From: Mobula hypostoma
Taxonomy: Eukaryota
NCBI RefSeq assembly: GCF_963921235.1
Contig: NC_086107.1
Location: forward strand, 114,144,001 to 114,208,000
Length of the DNA stretch: 64,000 nucleotides
Direction: 5' to 3'
The notes under the pieces are model-generated. The model did no database searches and had not been told where the DNA came from. It worked only from the letters and a program-made list of their open reading frames with translations. A program made the position numbers and the translations under genes. Below are positions 24,700 to 37,476 of this stretch, in pieces (position 1 is the stretch's first letter; every line of letters starts with the position of its first letter).

Positions 24700-26520
24700 A
24701 TCCCAAGACCATAAGACACAGGAGCAGAATTAGGCCATTCCACCCATCGAGTCCATTCCACCCATCGAGTCCACTCCACCATTCCATCATGGCTGATCCC
24801 GGATCCCACTCCATCCCATAACACCTGCCTTCTCGCCCTATCCTTTGATACCCTGACCGACCAGGAAACAATCAATTTCACCCGTAGACTTGGCCTCCAC
24901 TGCAGTCTGTGGCAGAGTATTCCACAAGTTCACTACTCTCTGGCTAAGAAAGTTCCTCCTTGCCTCAGTTCTAAAAGGTCACCCCTCAATTTTGAGGCTG
25001 CGTGCCCTCTAGTTCTGGATACCCCCACCATAGGAAACATCCTCTCCACATCCACCCTATCTTGTCCTTTCAACATTTGGTAGGTTTCAATGAGATCCCC
25101 CCACATTCTTCTAAATTCCAGTGAGTACAGGCCCGAAGCTGCCAAACACTCCTCATATGTTAATCCCTTAATTCCCGGAATCGTCCTCATGAACCTCCTC
25201 TCGACCGTCTCCAATGACAACACATTCTTTCTGAGCACAAAATACTCTGCAGATGCTGGGGTCAAAGCAACACTCACAACACGCTGGAGGAACTCAGCAG
25301 GTCGGGCAGTATCCGTGGAAATGATATTACATTCTTTCTGAGATATGGGGTCCAAAACTGTTGACAATACTCGAAGTGCAACCAGCATTATCTCTTCACT
25401 TTTATATTCTATTCCCCTTGAAATAAATGGCAACATTGCAGTTGCCTTCTTTACCACAGACTCAAACTGTAAATTAACCTTCTGGGGGTCTTGCACGAGG
25501 ACTCCTAAGTCACTCTGTACCTCTGATGTTTGAACCTTCTCCCCTTTTATATAATAGTTCGCACTCTTGTTCCTTTTATCAAAATGCATTATCGCAACAT
25601 TTCCCAACATTGTATTCCATCTGTCACGTTTTTGCCCATTCTTCCAAATTGACTAGGACCTGCTGCAATTACATTGCTCCTCAGCACTACCTACCCCTCC
25701 ACCTATCTTCATATCATCCACAAACTTGACCACAAAGCCATCAATTCCATTACCTAAACCATTGACAAATAATGTGAAAAGTAACAGTCCCAATACTGAT
25801 CCCTGAGGAACACCACTAGTCACTGGCAGCCAAACAGAAAAGGCCCCTTTTATTCCCACTCACTGCTTCCTGCCTGTCAGCCATTCCTCAATGCATGCCA
25901 GTATCTTTCCTGTAACGCCACAGGATGATATCTTGTTAAGCAGCCCCATGTGTGGCACCTAGTCAAAAGGCCTTCTGAAAATCCAAGTCAATGACATCCA
26001 CTATCTCTCTTTTGTCCACCCTGCTTGTTACTTCCTCGAAGAACTCTAAGAGATTTGTCAGGAAAGATTTCCCTTCACAGAAACCATGCTGACTTTAACT
26101 TATTTTGTCATTACCTCCAAGTCCCCCAAAACCTCGTCCTTAATAATAGATTTAATAATAATAATAGCCCTTAATAATAACAGCCCTCATAGTTCATGTT
26201 TTCCCTTCTTACAACATTTTTATTTGCCTTTTATTGGATTTTAAAAGCTTCACAATCATCCAACTTCCCACTCATTCAAAAGGACAGGCAGGTAGGCAGA
26301 GTGGGTGTGTGGCCCTGTTGGTAAATAAAGAAATCAAATCCTTGGAAAGCGGTGACATAGAATTGGAAGGTGTAGAATCCTTATGGGCAGAGTTAAGAAA
26401 CTGCGAGGGTTAAAAGAACCTGATGGGAATTATATACAGGCCTCTGAACAATAGCCAGGACATGAGCGTCAAGTTGTAGCAGGAGATAGTAAGGGTATGT
26501 CAAAAAAGTAATGCTATTGA
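24700..26520 (-). mobile_element. Degraded CR1 (mirror ~35610-35860 and ~37477-38850)
   Basis: ORFs 24933..25610 and 25653..25859 ([18 protein letters not shown]). Confidence 0.85.
25236..25328. mobile_element. 93-bp Penelope-type short insertion with 14-bp TSD, left arm only
   Basis: ACATTCTTTCTGAG at 25222-25235 and 25329-25342; empty site near 38330-38345. Confidence 0.8.
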
Positions 26521-26529
26521 ACTGAAAAT

Positions 26530-27460
26530 AAACGTGGACTAAGGTGTTAACTGTCCTGTGCTATCACCCGCGGTATCATCAGTTGATTGCACTTCTCCTA
26601 GGAAACGCTGTCTCATTCTGCCCTGCAGAGCTGAAGTACGGTTAGAATGATAATAAAGTTTTTTGAATCTTGAATCTTGAATCTTGAATCTGCCACCCGT
26701 CTTCAGGAGTTTCAGCCTGCTTATGATCAAGACTCCCTCGAGGTGGTGGGCCAGCAGTGCTAAAGCACCACCTCCCACTGATGAGCTTAAAAACTTGGCA
26801 TCTGCCTCTATCAGAGTTGTTGGTCACTTCCCTCCAACAGATAGTCTACTCTTCAGGTGTCTATGCAACTGCTGAAGGGTTTGCAAAAGCTGGATACACT
26901 GTCCGACTAACTGCCCCTCTGGACATACTTGGTCACACCGATGCTGATCCTGTCTCTGCTGTCTCTGCTGCCTCAGCTACAGCCCTGCTGGTTGATGCTA
27001 ACTTTATTCAACAATGCTCCCGGAGATCAGCAAGCCCTGGTTTGTCACCCTCACTTGCTACCTTCCACCTCTGTCTCAACGATCTAAGCTCTCTCCTCAA
27101 CCTACTAATCTCCTTCTGGTGCCTGCTTGGTTACTGTGTAGGCTTTGCTTTCTTCAGCTCAACCAAGCCAGACTTGTACTTTCCAACATCGTAAATCATA
27201 TCGCCCATCACTTCCAACTGTCTCCTCGATGTTCCCCTGAGAGTGTTCTCCAACATCATACTGATATCCTCATCAAACACACACCAAGCCTTCTCATCTG
27301 CCATTGCTGTCCACTTGACCTTCCTCTTCTTCTCTACCTCCTCACCACCGCCATCATACGAAGGATCTGCCTGGGTACTGTGGTCTGAAACCTGACCTGG
27401 ATTATCTCTTGTCTGACCTGGAGTGTGATGACTCTCTCCAGAGCGAATCGCTGCGGCTTG
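26530..27460 (-). mobile_element. HERO/R2-superfamily non-LTR retrotransposon remnant, internally deleted (mirror ~34780-35610 +)
   Basis: ORF 27131..27481 (KRKVKWTAMADEKAWCVFDEDI..LENTLRG) resembles the pre-RT region of HERO-clade ORFs; family call from recall. Confidence 0.6.
26588..26689 (+). mobile_element. ~100-bp LINE 3' end with AATAAA and (TTGAATC)n tail, left arm only
   Basis: The mirror site near 35550 reads AGTTGAT|CTGCCACC with no insert. Confidence 0.75.
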
Positions 27461-27464
27461 TGAA

Positions 27465-29900
27465 ATGATGGGGGATTTCAATATGCAAGTAAATTGTGAA
27501 AATTCAGTTGGTGCTGGATCCCAAGAGAGGGAATCTGTAGAAATCCTATGAGATGGTTTTTAGAGCAGCTTGTGCTTGAACCTACTAGGAGAATGACAAC
27601 TCTGGATTGAGTGTTATATGATGACCCAGATTTAATTAGGGAGTTTAAGGTAAAGGAACCTTTAGAAGTCAGTGATCATTATATAACAGAATTCACTCTG
27701 CACTTTGAGAAGGAGAAGCTAAATTCTGATGTATCAGTATTACGGTGTAAAGGGAATTTCAGAGGTATCAGCAAGGAACTGACCGAAGTTGATTGGAAGG
27801 GGACACGAGCAGAGATGTTGGCCGAACAGCGATGGTTGGAATTTCTAGGGGAAATTCAGAAGGCTCAGGAAAGATTCATCCTAAAGAAGAAGAAGTATTC
27901 TAAAGGGAAGATGAGGCAAGCATGACTGAGAAGTAAAGCCAAAAACAGCATAAAAGCAAAAGAGGGGGCATATAATATAGTAAAAATTAGTGGAAAAGTA
28001 GAGGATTGGGAAGCTTTTAAAAACCAACAGAAGGCTACTAAAGAAGCCAAAAAGAGAGAAAAGATTAAATATGGGGGCAAGCTAATAATATAAGAGAAGT
28101 TACAATTTTTTTTCGGAGATATAAATTGTAGAAGACAGATGAATGTGGATATTGGATCGCTGCAGAGGTAGTAACAGGGACAAAGAAATGGTGGATGAAC
28201 TGAATAAGTATTTTGCATCAATCTTCATTGTGGAACAGACCAGCTAAATGCCAGAAATGGAGTGTGAGGGGACAGAAGTGAATGTAGTTACTATTACTAA
28301 GGAAAAGGTACTTGGAAAGCTAAAATGTCTGAAGGTAGATAAGTCACCCGAACCATCTGGACTACACCCAAGGTCCTGAGAGAGGTAGCTGAAAAGATTT
28401 TGGAGGCATTAATAATGATCTTTCAAGAATCACTAGATTCTGGAATGGTTCTGGATTACGGGAAAGTTGCAAATGTCACTCCAGTCTTTAAAAAGAGAGG
28501 GTGGCAGAAGAAAGGAAAAAGGAGGCAGTTAGTCTGAATTCAGTGGTTGGAAAGATGTTGAAGTCAATTATTAAGGACGAGATTTTGGTGTACTTGGTGG
28601 CACATGATAAAATAGGTGAAAGTCAGCATGGTGTCTTTAAGGGGAAATCTTGCCTGACAAATCTGTTGGAATTTGAGGAAATAACAGGCAGGTTAGACAA
28701 AGAAAAATTAGTGGATGTGGTGTACATTGATTTTCACAAGGCCTTTGACAACGTACTGCACATGAAGTTGCTTAACGAGATAAGAGCCCGTAGTACTAGC
28801 ATGGATGGAAGATTGGCTGACTGGCAGGGGACAAATAGTGGGGATAAAGAGAACCTTTTCTGGTTGGCTGCTGAATTGATCAGTGTTGGGACTGCTTCTT
28901 TTCAGGTTACTTGTCAACAATTTGGATGATGGAATTTGAAAGACAGGTACCGAAGGTGATGAATGTCTGCATACGGACTTTAAAAAGAGCCATCAAAATG
29001 GTCACAGAGACTGCTGAGCAAGCCTCCAGGTGTCTATGGATCAAGAGGTAAGATCCGTGGACCAGTGCCACTGGGACACAAGCCAGGTCTGATCACCCCT
29101 GTCTGGGTCACCTGGGCAGGGGTGTCTGATGTTGAAAGACCCAACACAAATGATAACCCCAGATTACATCACTGTTGATAGGTCCCAGCACATCCCAGGA
29201 TGTATCTCAGTGTCAAACAGCTTGGATGAATACACAAAGAAGTGAGAGATGGAATATAACGTAGGGAAGTGCGTGGTCATTCACTTTGGCATAAGGAATA
29301 AAGGCAAAATGGAGAGAAAATTCCAAACTCAGAATTGCAAAGGAACTCGGGAGTCGTCGTGTAGGGTTCCCTAAAGGTTAACTTGCAGGTTGAGTCAGTG
29401 GTGAGGAAGGCAAATGCAATGTTAGCATTCATTTTGAGTGGACTGGAATATAAAAGCAAGGATGTAATGTTGAGGCTTTATAAGGCATTGGTCAGACCAC
29501 ACTTGGAATACTGTGAGCAGTTTCAGCCCCCATATCTAAGAATACATTTGCTGGCATTGGAGAGGGTCCAGAGGAGGTTCGTGAGAATGATCTCAGAAAT
29601 GAAAGGGTTAACAGATGAGGAGCATTTTGTAGATCTGAGCCTGTACTTGCTGGAGTTTAGAAGAATGAGGGGGGATCTCTTTGAAGTCTATCAAATATTA
29701 AAAGGTTTAGAGAGAATGGGTGTGTTTCCTACTGCGGGAACGTCTGGACCAGAGGGCACAGCCTCAGAATTGAGGGATGTCCATTTACAACAGAGATGAG
29801 GAGAAATTTCTTTAGCCAGAAGGTGCCGAATCTGTGGAATTCATTGCCGCTCACAGCAACGGGAGCCAGTTTATTGGGTGTATTTAAGATGGAGGTTGAT
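27465..29900 (+). mobile_element. Degraded CR1 (mirror ~32340-34775 -)
   Basis: ORFs 27611..27925, 28501..28929 and 29383..29799 with endonuclease, linker and RT motifs. Confidence 0.88.
28975..29210 (+). mobile_element. HERO-like 3' end nested in CR1 (mirror ~33030-33265)
   Basis: Translates KRAIKMVTETAEQASRCLWIKR*DPW; 3' UTR similar to 41158-41458. Confidence 0.6.
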
Positions 29901-29934
29901 ACGATGAGTGTGGTTGTGATCTTTTGCACATCTC

Positions 29935-29939
<5 letters not shown>

Positions 29940-29985
<46 letters not shown>

Positions 29986-30687
29986 GTCTGTCTGTCCGTC
30001 TGTCTGTGTATTTGAACATCTACACACATTTCTCTGCCAGTGTTTGAGTGTGTACACCCAGGTCTCTCTGGAGCTCTCAATCTGAGTGACTGTGAACATT
30101 TTGGGTCCTTATGCATCCTTATGCAAATTATATTTCAATGTTCAATTCAAAGAACATTCTAGAGAAGAGATGTGCTCCTGGTACCAACAACAGTGTTAGA
30201 CCACAGAGAGTGAGCGATGGAGATTGTGATGAGATATCACACTTGCCTGGACTCTGCACAGACTGGGTTCTCGTATCACAACACTCAAAGTATCACACAT
30301 CAGTCTCCTGGCTGAAAGATCAGAAAACTCTTCATGAAAGCAATCTCCACATCAAACCCCTTGTACAGAGGTTTATCCTCAGTAACCAAACCTTTTTAGG
30401 CGGGGCTTCACATCGGAAGATACCCCGATTAACGACGGGAACTCTCATTAACAGAGACCCCATTTAAAGAGACGCCTCCCCACATTAAGAATCCCAATGA
30501 AAGAAGACTTTGCTCTATCCAGAACTCCTACAGAATCCATCTCTCCCCATCCAGAAACTGTGAGCCTGTTTTAAAGATGAAAGGCCTCCGCACGAGACAC
30601 CAAATTTAAAGCTGAAGCCCTTTGAAAATGAAAAGTGACAGAGAAATCCCAACAGTGACTGGCAGCAATTAGACTACCAAACATTCA
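29940..30687 (-). repeat. ~700-bp minisatellite-associated module, copy 2, with (TG)n
   Basis: Reverse complement of 3683-4392 and of 31569-32306. Confidence 0.92.
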
Positions 30688-30895
30688 CCAGTGTCTCTCA
30701 GTTTCTTTCTCAGGGACAGATCTGTACACTGACCGGTGTCTCTCAGGGGGAGATCTGTACACTGACCGGTGTCTCTCAGTCCCTCTCTCTCAGGGGGAGA
30801 TCTGTACACTGACCGGTGTCTCTCAGTCCTTCTCTCTCAGGGGTGATCTGTACACTGACCGGTGTCTCTCAGTCCCTCTCTCTCAGGGGGAGACC
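30688..30895 (-). repeat. 47-bp minisatellite array B (~4 units, inverted)
   Basis: TGTCTCTCAGTCCCTCTCTCTCAGGGGGAGATCTGTACACTGACCGG units. Confidence 0.95.
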
Positions 30896-31144
30896 TGTGC
30901 CCTCACTGCTGTCTATGTTACTCTGCAGTGGGCTATTTTGATCTTTCTGTGCCCTGGTTATTGTTGTGGCCAGGGCTGTTTCGCCCCACACTCTCTCCTC
31001 TCCCCTCTTGCTCGTTTTTGTTGATTTATAACTTTTCTGGTGTCACGCTGTAGTTTTTGTGACTTCAGACCTGCCTCTGAATTATCGCACCCTCAGCACT
31101 GACACTGATGCTGGTAGAGTTTAGTTTGAGGCTGTGCAAATAAC

Positions 31145-31224
31145 TTGTTTTATTTTGAATTTTGTTTTTAAGTCAACCGTTGACTACAAGCTGGTTCTGG
31201 GCCCAGGTCACAGGCTTCGGCTGT
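31145..31224. other. 80-bp spacer at the palindrome centre
   Basis: Lies between GGCTGTGCAAATAAC (ends 31144) and GTTATTTGCACAGCC (starts 31225); contains AGTCAAC-C-GTTGACT at 31171-31185. Confidence 0.93.
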
Positions 31225-31480
31225 GTTATTTGCACAGCCTCAAACTAATCTCTACCAGCATCAGCGGCAGTGCTGAGGGGCGCGATAATTCAGAGGCAGT
31301 GGTTAGCAGGTCTGAAGTCACAAAAACTACAGCGTGACACCGGAAAAGTTATAAATAAACAAAAACGAGCAAAAGGGGAGAGGAGAGAGTGTGAGGCGAA
31401 ACAGCCGTGGCCACAACACTAACCAGGGCACAGAAAAATCAAAATAGCCCACTGCAGAGTAACATAGACAGCAGTGAGGG

Positions 31481-31568
31481 CACAGGTCTGCCCATGAGGC
31501 AGAGAGGGACTGAGAGACACGGGTCAGTGTACAGATCTGTCCCTGAGGGAGAAACTGAGAGACACCGG
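31481..31568 (+). repeat. 47-bp minisatellite array C (~2 degenerate units)
   Basis: AGAGAGGGACTGAGAGACACGGGTCAGTGTACAGATCT.. Confidence 0.9.
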
Positions 31569-32262
31569 TGAACGTTTGGTAGTCTAAGTGCTGCCAGTCA
31601 CCACTGGGATTTCTCTGTCACTTCTCATTTTCAAAGGGCTTCTGCTTTAAATTTGGTGTCTTGTGGGGAGGCCTTTCATCTTTAAGACAGGCTAACAGTT
31701 TCTGGATGGGGAGAGATGGATTTTGTAGGAGTTCCGGATAACACAATGTCTTCTTTCATTGGGATTCTTAATGTGGGAGGCGTCTCTTTAAATGGGGTCT
31801 CTGTTAATGAGAGTTCTCATCTTTAATCGGGATATCTTCTGATGTGAAGCCGTGCTTAAAAAGGGTTTGTTACCGAGGTTAAACCTCTGTACAAGGGGTT
31901 TGATGTGGAGATTGCTTCCATGAAGAGTTTTCTGATCTTTCAGCCAGGACACTGATATGTGATACTTTGAGTGTTGTGATACAAGAACCCAGTCTGTACA
32001 GAGTCCAGGCAAGTGTGATATCTCATCACAATCTCCATCGCTCACTCTCTGTGGTCTAACACTGTTCTTGCTACCAGGAGCACATCTCTTCTCTAGAATG
32101 TTCTTTGAATTGAACATTAAAATATAATTTTCATAAGGACGCATAAGGACCCAAAATGTACACGGTCACTCAGATTGAGAGCTCCAGAGAGACCTGGGTG
32201 TACACACTCAAACACTGGCAGAGAAATGTGTGTAGATGTTCAAACAGACAGACAGACAGACA

Positions 32263-32306
<44 letters not shown>
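31569..32306 (+). repeat. ~700-bp minisatellite-associated module, copy 3, ending in (CAGA)n(CA)n
   Basis: Direct homolog of 3683-4392. Confidence 0.92.
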
Positions 32307-32310
<4 letters not shown>

Positions 32311-35300
32311 CAGAGATGTGCAAAAGATCACAACCATACTCATCGTATCAACCTCCATCTTAAATACACCCAATAAACTGGCTCCCGTAGCTGTCAGCGG
32401 CAATGAATTCCACAGATTCGGCACCTTCTGGCTAAAGAAATTTCTCCTCATCTCTGTTGTAAATGGACATCCCTCAATTCAGAGGCTGTGCCCTCTGGTC
32501 CAGACTTTCACACAATAGGAAACACGCCCATTCTATCTAAACCTTTTAATATTTGATAGGCTTCAAAGAGATTCCCCCTCATTCTTCTAAACTCCAGCAA
32601 GTACAGGCTCAGATCTACAAAATGCTACTCATCTGTTTCATTTCTGAGATCATTCTCACGAACCTCCTCTGGACCCTCTCCAATGCCAGCAAATGTATTC
32701 TTAGATATGGGGGCTGAAACTGCTCACAGTATTCCAAGTGTGGTCTGACCAATGCCTTATAAAGCCTCAACATTACATCCTTGCTTTTATATTCCAGTCC
32801 ACTCAAAATGAATGCTAACATTGCATTTGCCTTCCTCACCACTGACTCAACCTGCAAGTTAACCTTTAGGGAACCCTACACGACGACTCCCGAGTTCCTT
32901 TGCAATTCTGAGTTTGGAATTTTCTCTCCATTTTGCCTTTATTCCTTATGCCAAAGTAAATGACCACGCACTTCCCTACGTTATATTCCATCTCTCACTT
33001 CTTTGTGTATTCATCCAAGCTGTTTGACACTGAGATACATCCTGGGATGTGCTGGGACCTATCAACAGTGATGTAATCTGGGGTTATCATTTGTGTTGGG
33101 TCTTTCAACATCAGACACCCCTGCCCAGGTGACCCAGACAGGGGTGATCAGACCTGGCTTGTGTCCCAGTGGCACTGGTCCACGGATCTTACCTCTTGAT
33201 CCATAGACACCTGGAGGCTTGCTCAGCAGTCTCTGTGAGCGTTTTGATGGCTCTTTTTAAAGTCCGTATGCAGACATTCATCACCTTTGGTACCTGTCTT
33301 TCAAATTCCATCATCCAAATTGTTGGCAAGTAACCTGAAAAGAAGCAGTCCCAACACTGATCAATTCAGCAGCCAACCAGAAAAGGTTCTCTTTATCCCC
33401 ACTATTTGTCCCCTGCCAGTCAGCCAATCTTCCATCCATGCTAGTACTACGGGCTCTTATCTCGTTAAGCAACTTCATGTGCAGTACGTTGTCAAAGGCC
33501 TTGTGAAAATCAATGTACACCACATCCACTAATTTTTCTTTGTCTAACCTGCCTGTTATTTCCTCAAATTCCAACAGATTTGTCAGGCAAGATTTCCCCT
33601 TAAAGACACCATGCTGACTTTCACCTATTTTATCATGTGCCACCAAGTACACCAAAATCTCGTCCTTAATAATTGACTTCAACATCTTTCCAACCACTGA
33701 ATTCAGACTAACTGCCTCCTTTTTCCTTTCTTCTGCCACCCTCTCTTTTTAAAGACTGGAGTGACATTTGCAACTTTCCCGTAATCCAGAACCATTCCAG
33801 AATCTAGTGATTCTTGAAAGATCATTATTAATGCCTCCAAAATCTTTTCAGCTACCTCTCTCAGGACCTTGGGTGTAGTCCAGATGGTTCGGGTGACTTA
33901 TCTACCTTCAGACATTTTAGCTTTCCAAGTACCTTTTCCTTAGTAATAGTAACTACATTCACTTCTGTCCCCTCACACTCCATTTCTGGCATTTAGCTGG
34001 TCTGTTCCACAATGAAGATTGATGCAAAATACTTATTCAGTTCATCCACCATTTCTTTGTCCCTGTTACTACCTCTGCAGCGATCCAATATCCACATTCA
34101 TCTGTCTTCTACAATTTATATCTCCGAAAAAAAATTGTAACTTCTCTTATATTATTAGCTTGCCCCCATATTTAATCTTTTCTCTCTTTTTGGCTTCTTT
34201 AGTAGCCTTCTGTTGGTTTTTAAAAGCTTCCCAATCCTCTACTTTTCCACTAATTTTTACTATATTATATGCCCCCTCTTTTGCTTTTATGCTGTTTTTG
34301 GCTTTACTTCTCAGTCATGCTTGCCTCATCTTCCCTTTAGAATACTTCTTCTTCTTTAGGATGAATCTTTCCTGAGCCTTCTGAATTTCCCCTAGAAATT
34401 CCAACCATCGCTGTTCGGCCAACATCTCTGCTCGTGTCCCCTTCCAATCAACTTCGGTCAGTTCCTTGCTGATACCTCTGAAATTCCCTTTACACCGTAA
34501 TACTGATACATCAGAATTTAGCTTCTCCTTCTCAAAGTGCAGAGTGAATTCTGTTATATAATGATCACTGACTTCTAAAGGTTCCTTTACCTTAAACTCC
34601 CTAATTAAATCTGGGTCATCATATAACACTCAATCCAGAGTTGTCATTCTCCTAGTAGGTTCAAGCACAAGCTGCTCTAAAAACCATCTCATAGGATTTC
34701 TACAGATTCCCTCTCTTGGGATCCAGCACCAACTGAATTTTCACAATTTACTTGCATATTGAAATCCCCCATCATTTCACAAGCCGCAGCGATTCGCTCT
34801 GGAGAGAGTCATCACACTCCAGGTCAGACAAGAGATAATCCAGGTCAGGTTTCAGACCACAGTACCCAGGCAGATCCTTCGTATGATGGCGGTGGTGAGG
34901 AGGTAGAGAAGAAGAGGAAGGTCAAGTGGACAGCAATGGCAGATGAGAAGGCTTGGTGTGTGTTTGATGAGGATATCAGTATGATGTTGGAGAACACTCT
35001 CAGGGGAACATCGAGGAGACAGTTGGAAGTGATGGGCGATATGATTTACGATGTTGGAAAGTACAAGTCTGGCTTGGTTGAGCTGAAGAAAGCAAAGCCT
35101 ACACAGTAACCAAGCAGGCACCAGAAGGAGATTAGTAGGTTGAGGAGAGAGCTTAGATCGTTGAGACAGAGGTGGAAGGTAGCAAGTGAGGGTGACAAAC
35201 CAGGGCTTGCTGATCTCCGGGAGCATTGTTGAATAAAGTTAGCATCAACCAGCAGGGCTGTAGCTGAGGCAGCAGAGACAGCAGAGACAGGATCAGCATC

Positions 35301-36596
35301 GGTGTGACCAAGTATGTCCAGAGGGGCAGTTAGTCGGACAGTGTATCCAGCTTTTGCAAACCCTTCAGCAGTTGCATAGACACCTGAAGAGTAGACTATC
35401 TGTTGGAGGGAAGTGACCAACAACTCTGATAGAAGCAGATGCCAAGTTTTTAAGCTCACCAGTGGGAGGTGGTGCTTTAGCACTGCTGGCCCACGACCTC
35501 GAGAGAGTCTTGATTATAAGCGGGCCGAAACTCCTAAAGACAGGTGGCAGATCAACTGATGATACCATGGGTGATAGCACAGGACAGTCAACACCTTAGT
35601 CCATGTGTATTTTCAATTCAATAGCATTACTTTTTTGACATACCTTTACTATCTCCTGCTACAACTTGACGCTCATGTCCTGTCTATTGTTCAGAGGCCT
35701 GTATATAATTCCCATCAGGTTCTTTTTACCCTTGCAGTTTCTTACCTCTGCCCATGAGGATTCTACACCTTCCAATTCCATGTCACTGCTTTCCAAGCAT
35801 TTGATTTCATTTTTTACCAACAGGGTCACCCACTCACTCTGCCTACCTGCCTGTCCTGTTGATACAAGGTGTATCCTTGGATGTTAAGCTCCCAACGATG
35901 ATTTTCTTTTAGCCACAACTCAGAGATACCTAAAACATCATACTTGCCAATCTCTAACTGCACTACAATATCATCTACTTTATTCTGACAATTGCGTGCA
36001 TTCAAATATCACACTTTCAGTCCTGTATTCCTTACCTTTTTTGATTTTTTCCCCCTGTTGCACTTTAACTCATCCAACTGACTGCAATTTTCCCCCTATC
36101 ACCTTCTTGTCCTTCCTCGCAGTCTCCCTACACACTGCATCTAATTGTATAGCAACTGCCTCATTCTCACACTTTTCACTTTGGTTCCCATCCCCTTGCT
36201 AAATTAGTTTAATCCCACCACATCACACATCCACAAAAACAGAAGAAAACCCCAAAGAATGAGTGACTGTAAAATCTGAGAGCCCCAAAGCCCCCTCTCC
36301 CCCTCCCTCACACAAACAGTGTCAAAGAATCAACCTTCCCCCTCCACCCCATCCACTTCAGCAGGAAGTATCAGCTCCCACCACCCACCAAGCAACAGCA
36401 AAGCCTCCAAAGAGAGACCAGCAGCTAAAACTACTGTTTACCTGACATGCCACAGGCTCTCTCTCTCACTAACAAGGGGCAGAGAGGCGTCTGCCATTTC
36501 ACAGCGACAGGGGAGACTTAACAGTCACTGTTCAATTGTTACAGTCTGCTGTGTTGCTTTTAAGTCCGAGACTCTCTGAGTTGAGAATATGCAGCA

Positions 36597-37476
36597 AACC
36601 AGGTGTGAGCCATGGTGGCAGGGCCTCCGGCACTGAGTCTGACCCCGTGGTGCAGAAGGGTGGGACGGAGAAGAGGAGAGCTGTCGTCATTGGAGACTCT
36701 ATAGTCAGGGGAGCAGACAGGAGATTTTGTGGACGTGAGAAGGACACCCGCATGGTTTGTTGCCTCCCGGGTGCCAGGGTGCCAGGGTCCAGGATGTCTC
36801 TGACCGGGTGCACGACATCCTGGTATGAGAGGGAAAGCTGCCAGAAGTCGTGATACATGTTGGTACCAACGACATAGGCAGGAAGAGGGATGAGGTCCTG
36901 AAGTGTGAGTTTTGGGGACTAGGCAGAAGGCTGAAGAACAGGACCTCAAAGGTGGCGTTCTCAGGATTGCTGCCAGTGCTACGTGACAGTGATGGTAAGA
37001 ATTGGAGGAGATGGCAGTTGAATGCGTGGCTGAGGAGTTGGTGCAGGGAGCAGGGTTTTAAATTTTTGGATTATTGGGATCTCTTCTGGGGAAGGTGGGA
37101 CCTGTACAGATGGATGGGTTGCACCTGAACTCGAGGGGGAGCAATATCCTTGCAGGTAGGTTTGCTAGCATGGTTCAGGAGGGTTTAAACTAATTTGCAA
37201 GGGGGATGGGACCCAGAGCGATAGAGCAGTGAAAGAAGTGCATGGAGTAAAGCCAGATCTAACATACAGAGAGGCTTCGAGAAAAGAGAAGCAGAATAAA
37301 CGGTGTAAAGACAGTAAGGTAGAAGGGCTGAAATGTGTGTACCTCAATGCAAGAAGCATCAGGAACAAAGGTGATGAACTGAGAGCTTGGATACATACAT
37401 GGAATTATGATATAGTGGCCATTACAGAGAATTGGCTGGCACCAGGGCAGGAATGGATTCTCAATATTCCTGGATT
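36597..37476 (+). mobile_element. Internal CR1 fragment (ORF1 esterase domain to start of ORF2 endonuclease), right arm only
   Basis: VIGDSIVRG, CLPGARV, IHVGTNDIG and YLNARSIRNK motifs; highly similar to ~58435-59290 inverted. Confidence 0.88.

Larger units (their letters stand above)
6807..31144 (+). repeat. Left arm of ~55-kb inverted duplication
   Basis: Many ORF pairs mirror across the centre, e.g. 8631..8972/60059..60400, 13850..14047/52124..52321, 22121..22327/40320..40526, 27611..27925/34315..34629; the arm ends ...GGCTGTGCAAATAAC at 31144. Confidence 0.96.

Noticed and set aside
30111..30467. 118-aa ORF open in two module copies (also 31788..32144)
   Set aside because: No recognisable domain; the third copy (4030..4272) has an in-frame stop; differences look mostly non-synonymous
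30510..30566. Possible micro-exon (TATCCAG|...AACT|GTGAGC) in the module
   Set aside because: Acceptor and donor are not conserved in the other two copies
31290..31328. V(D)J RSS-like nonamer ACAAAAACT near the palindrome centre
   Set aside because: No CACAGTG-like heptamer at 12- or 23-bp spacing
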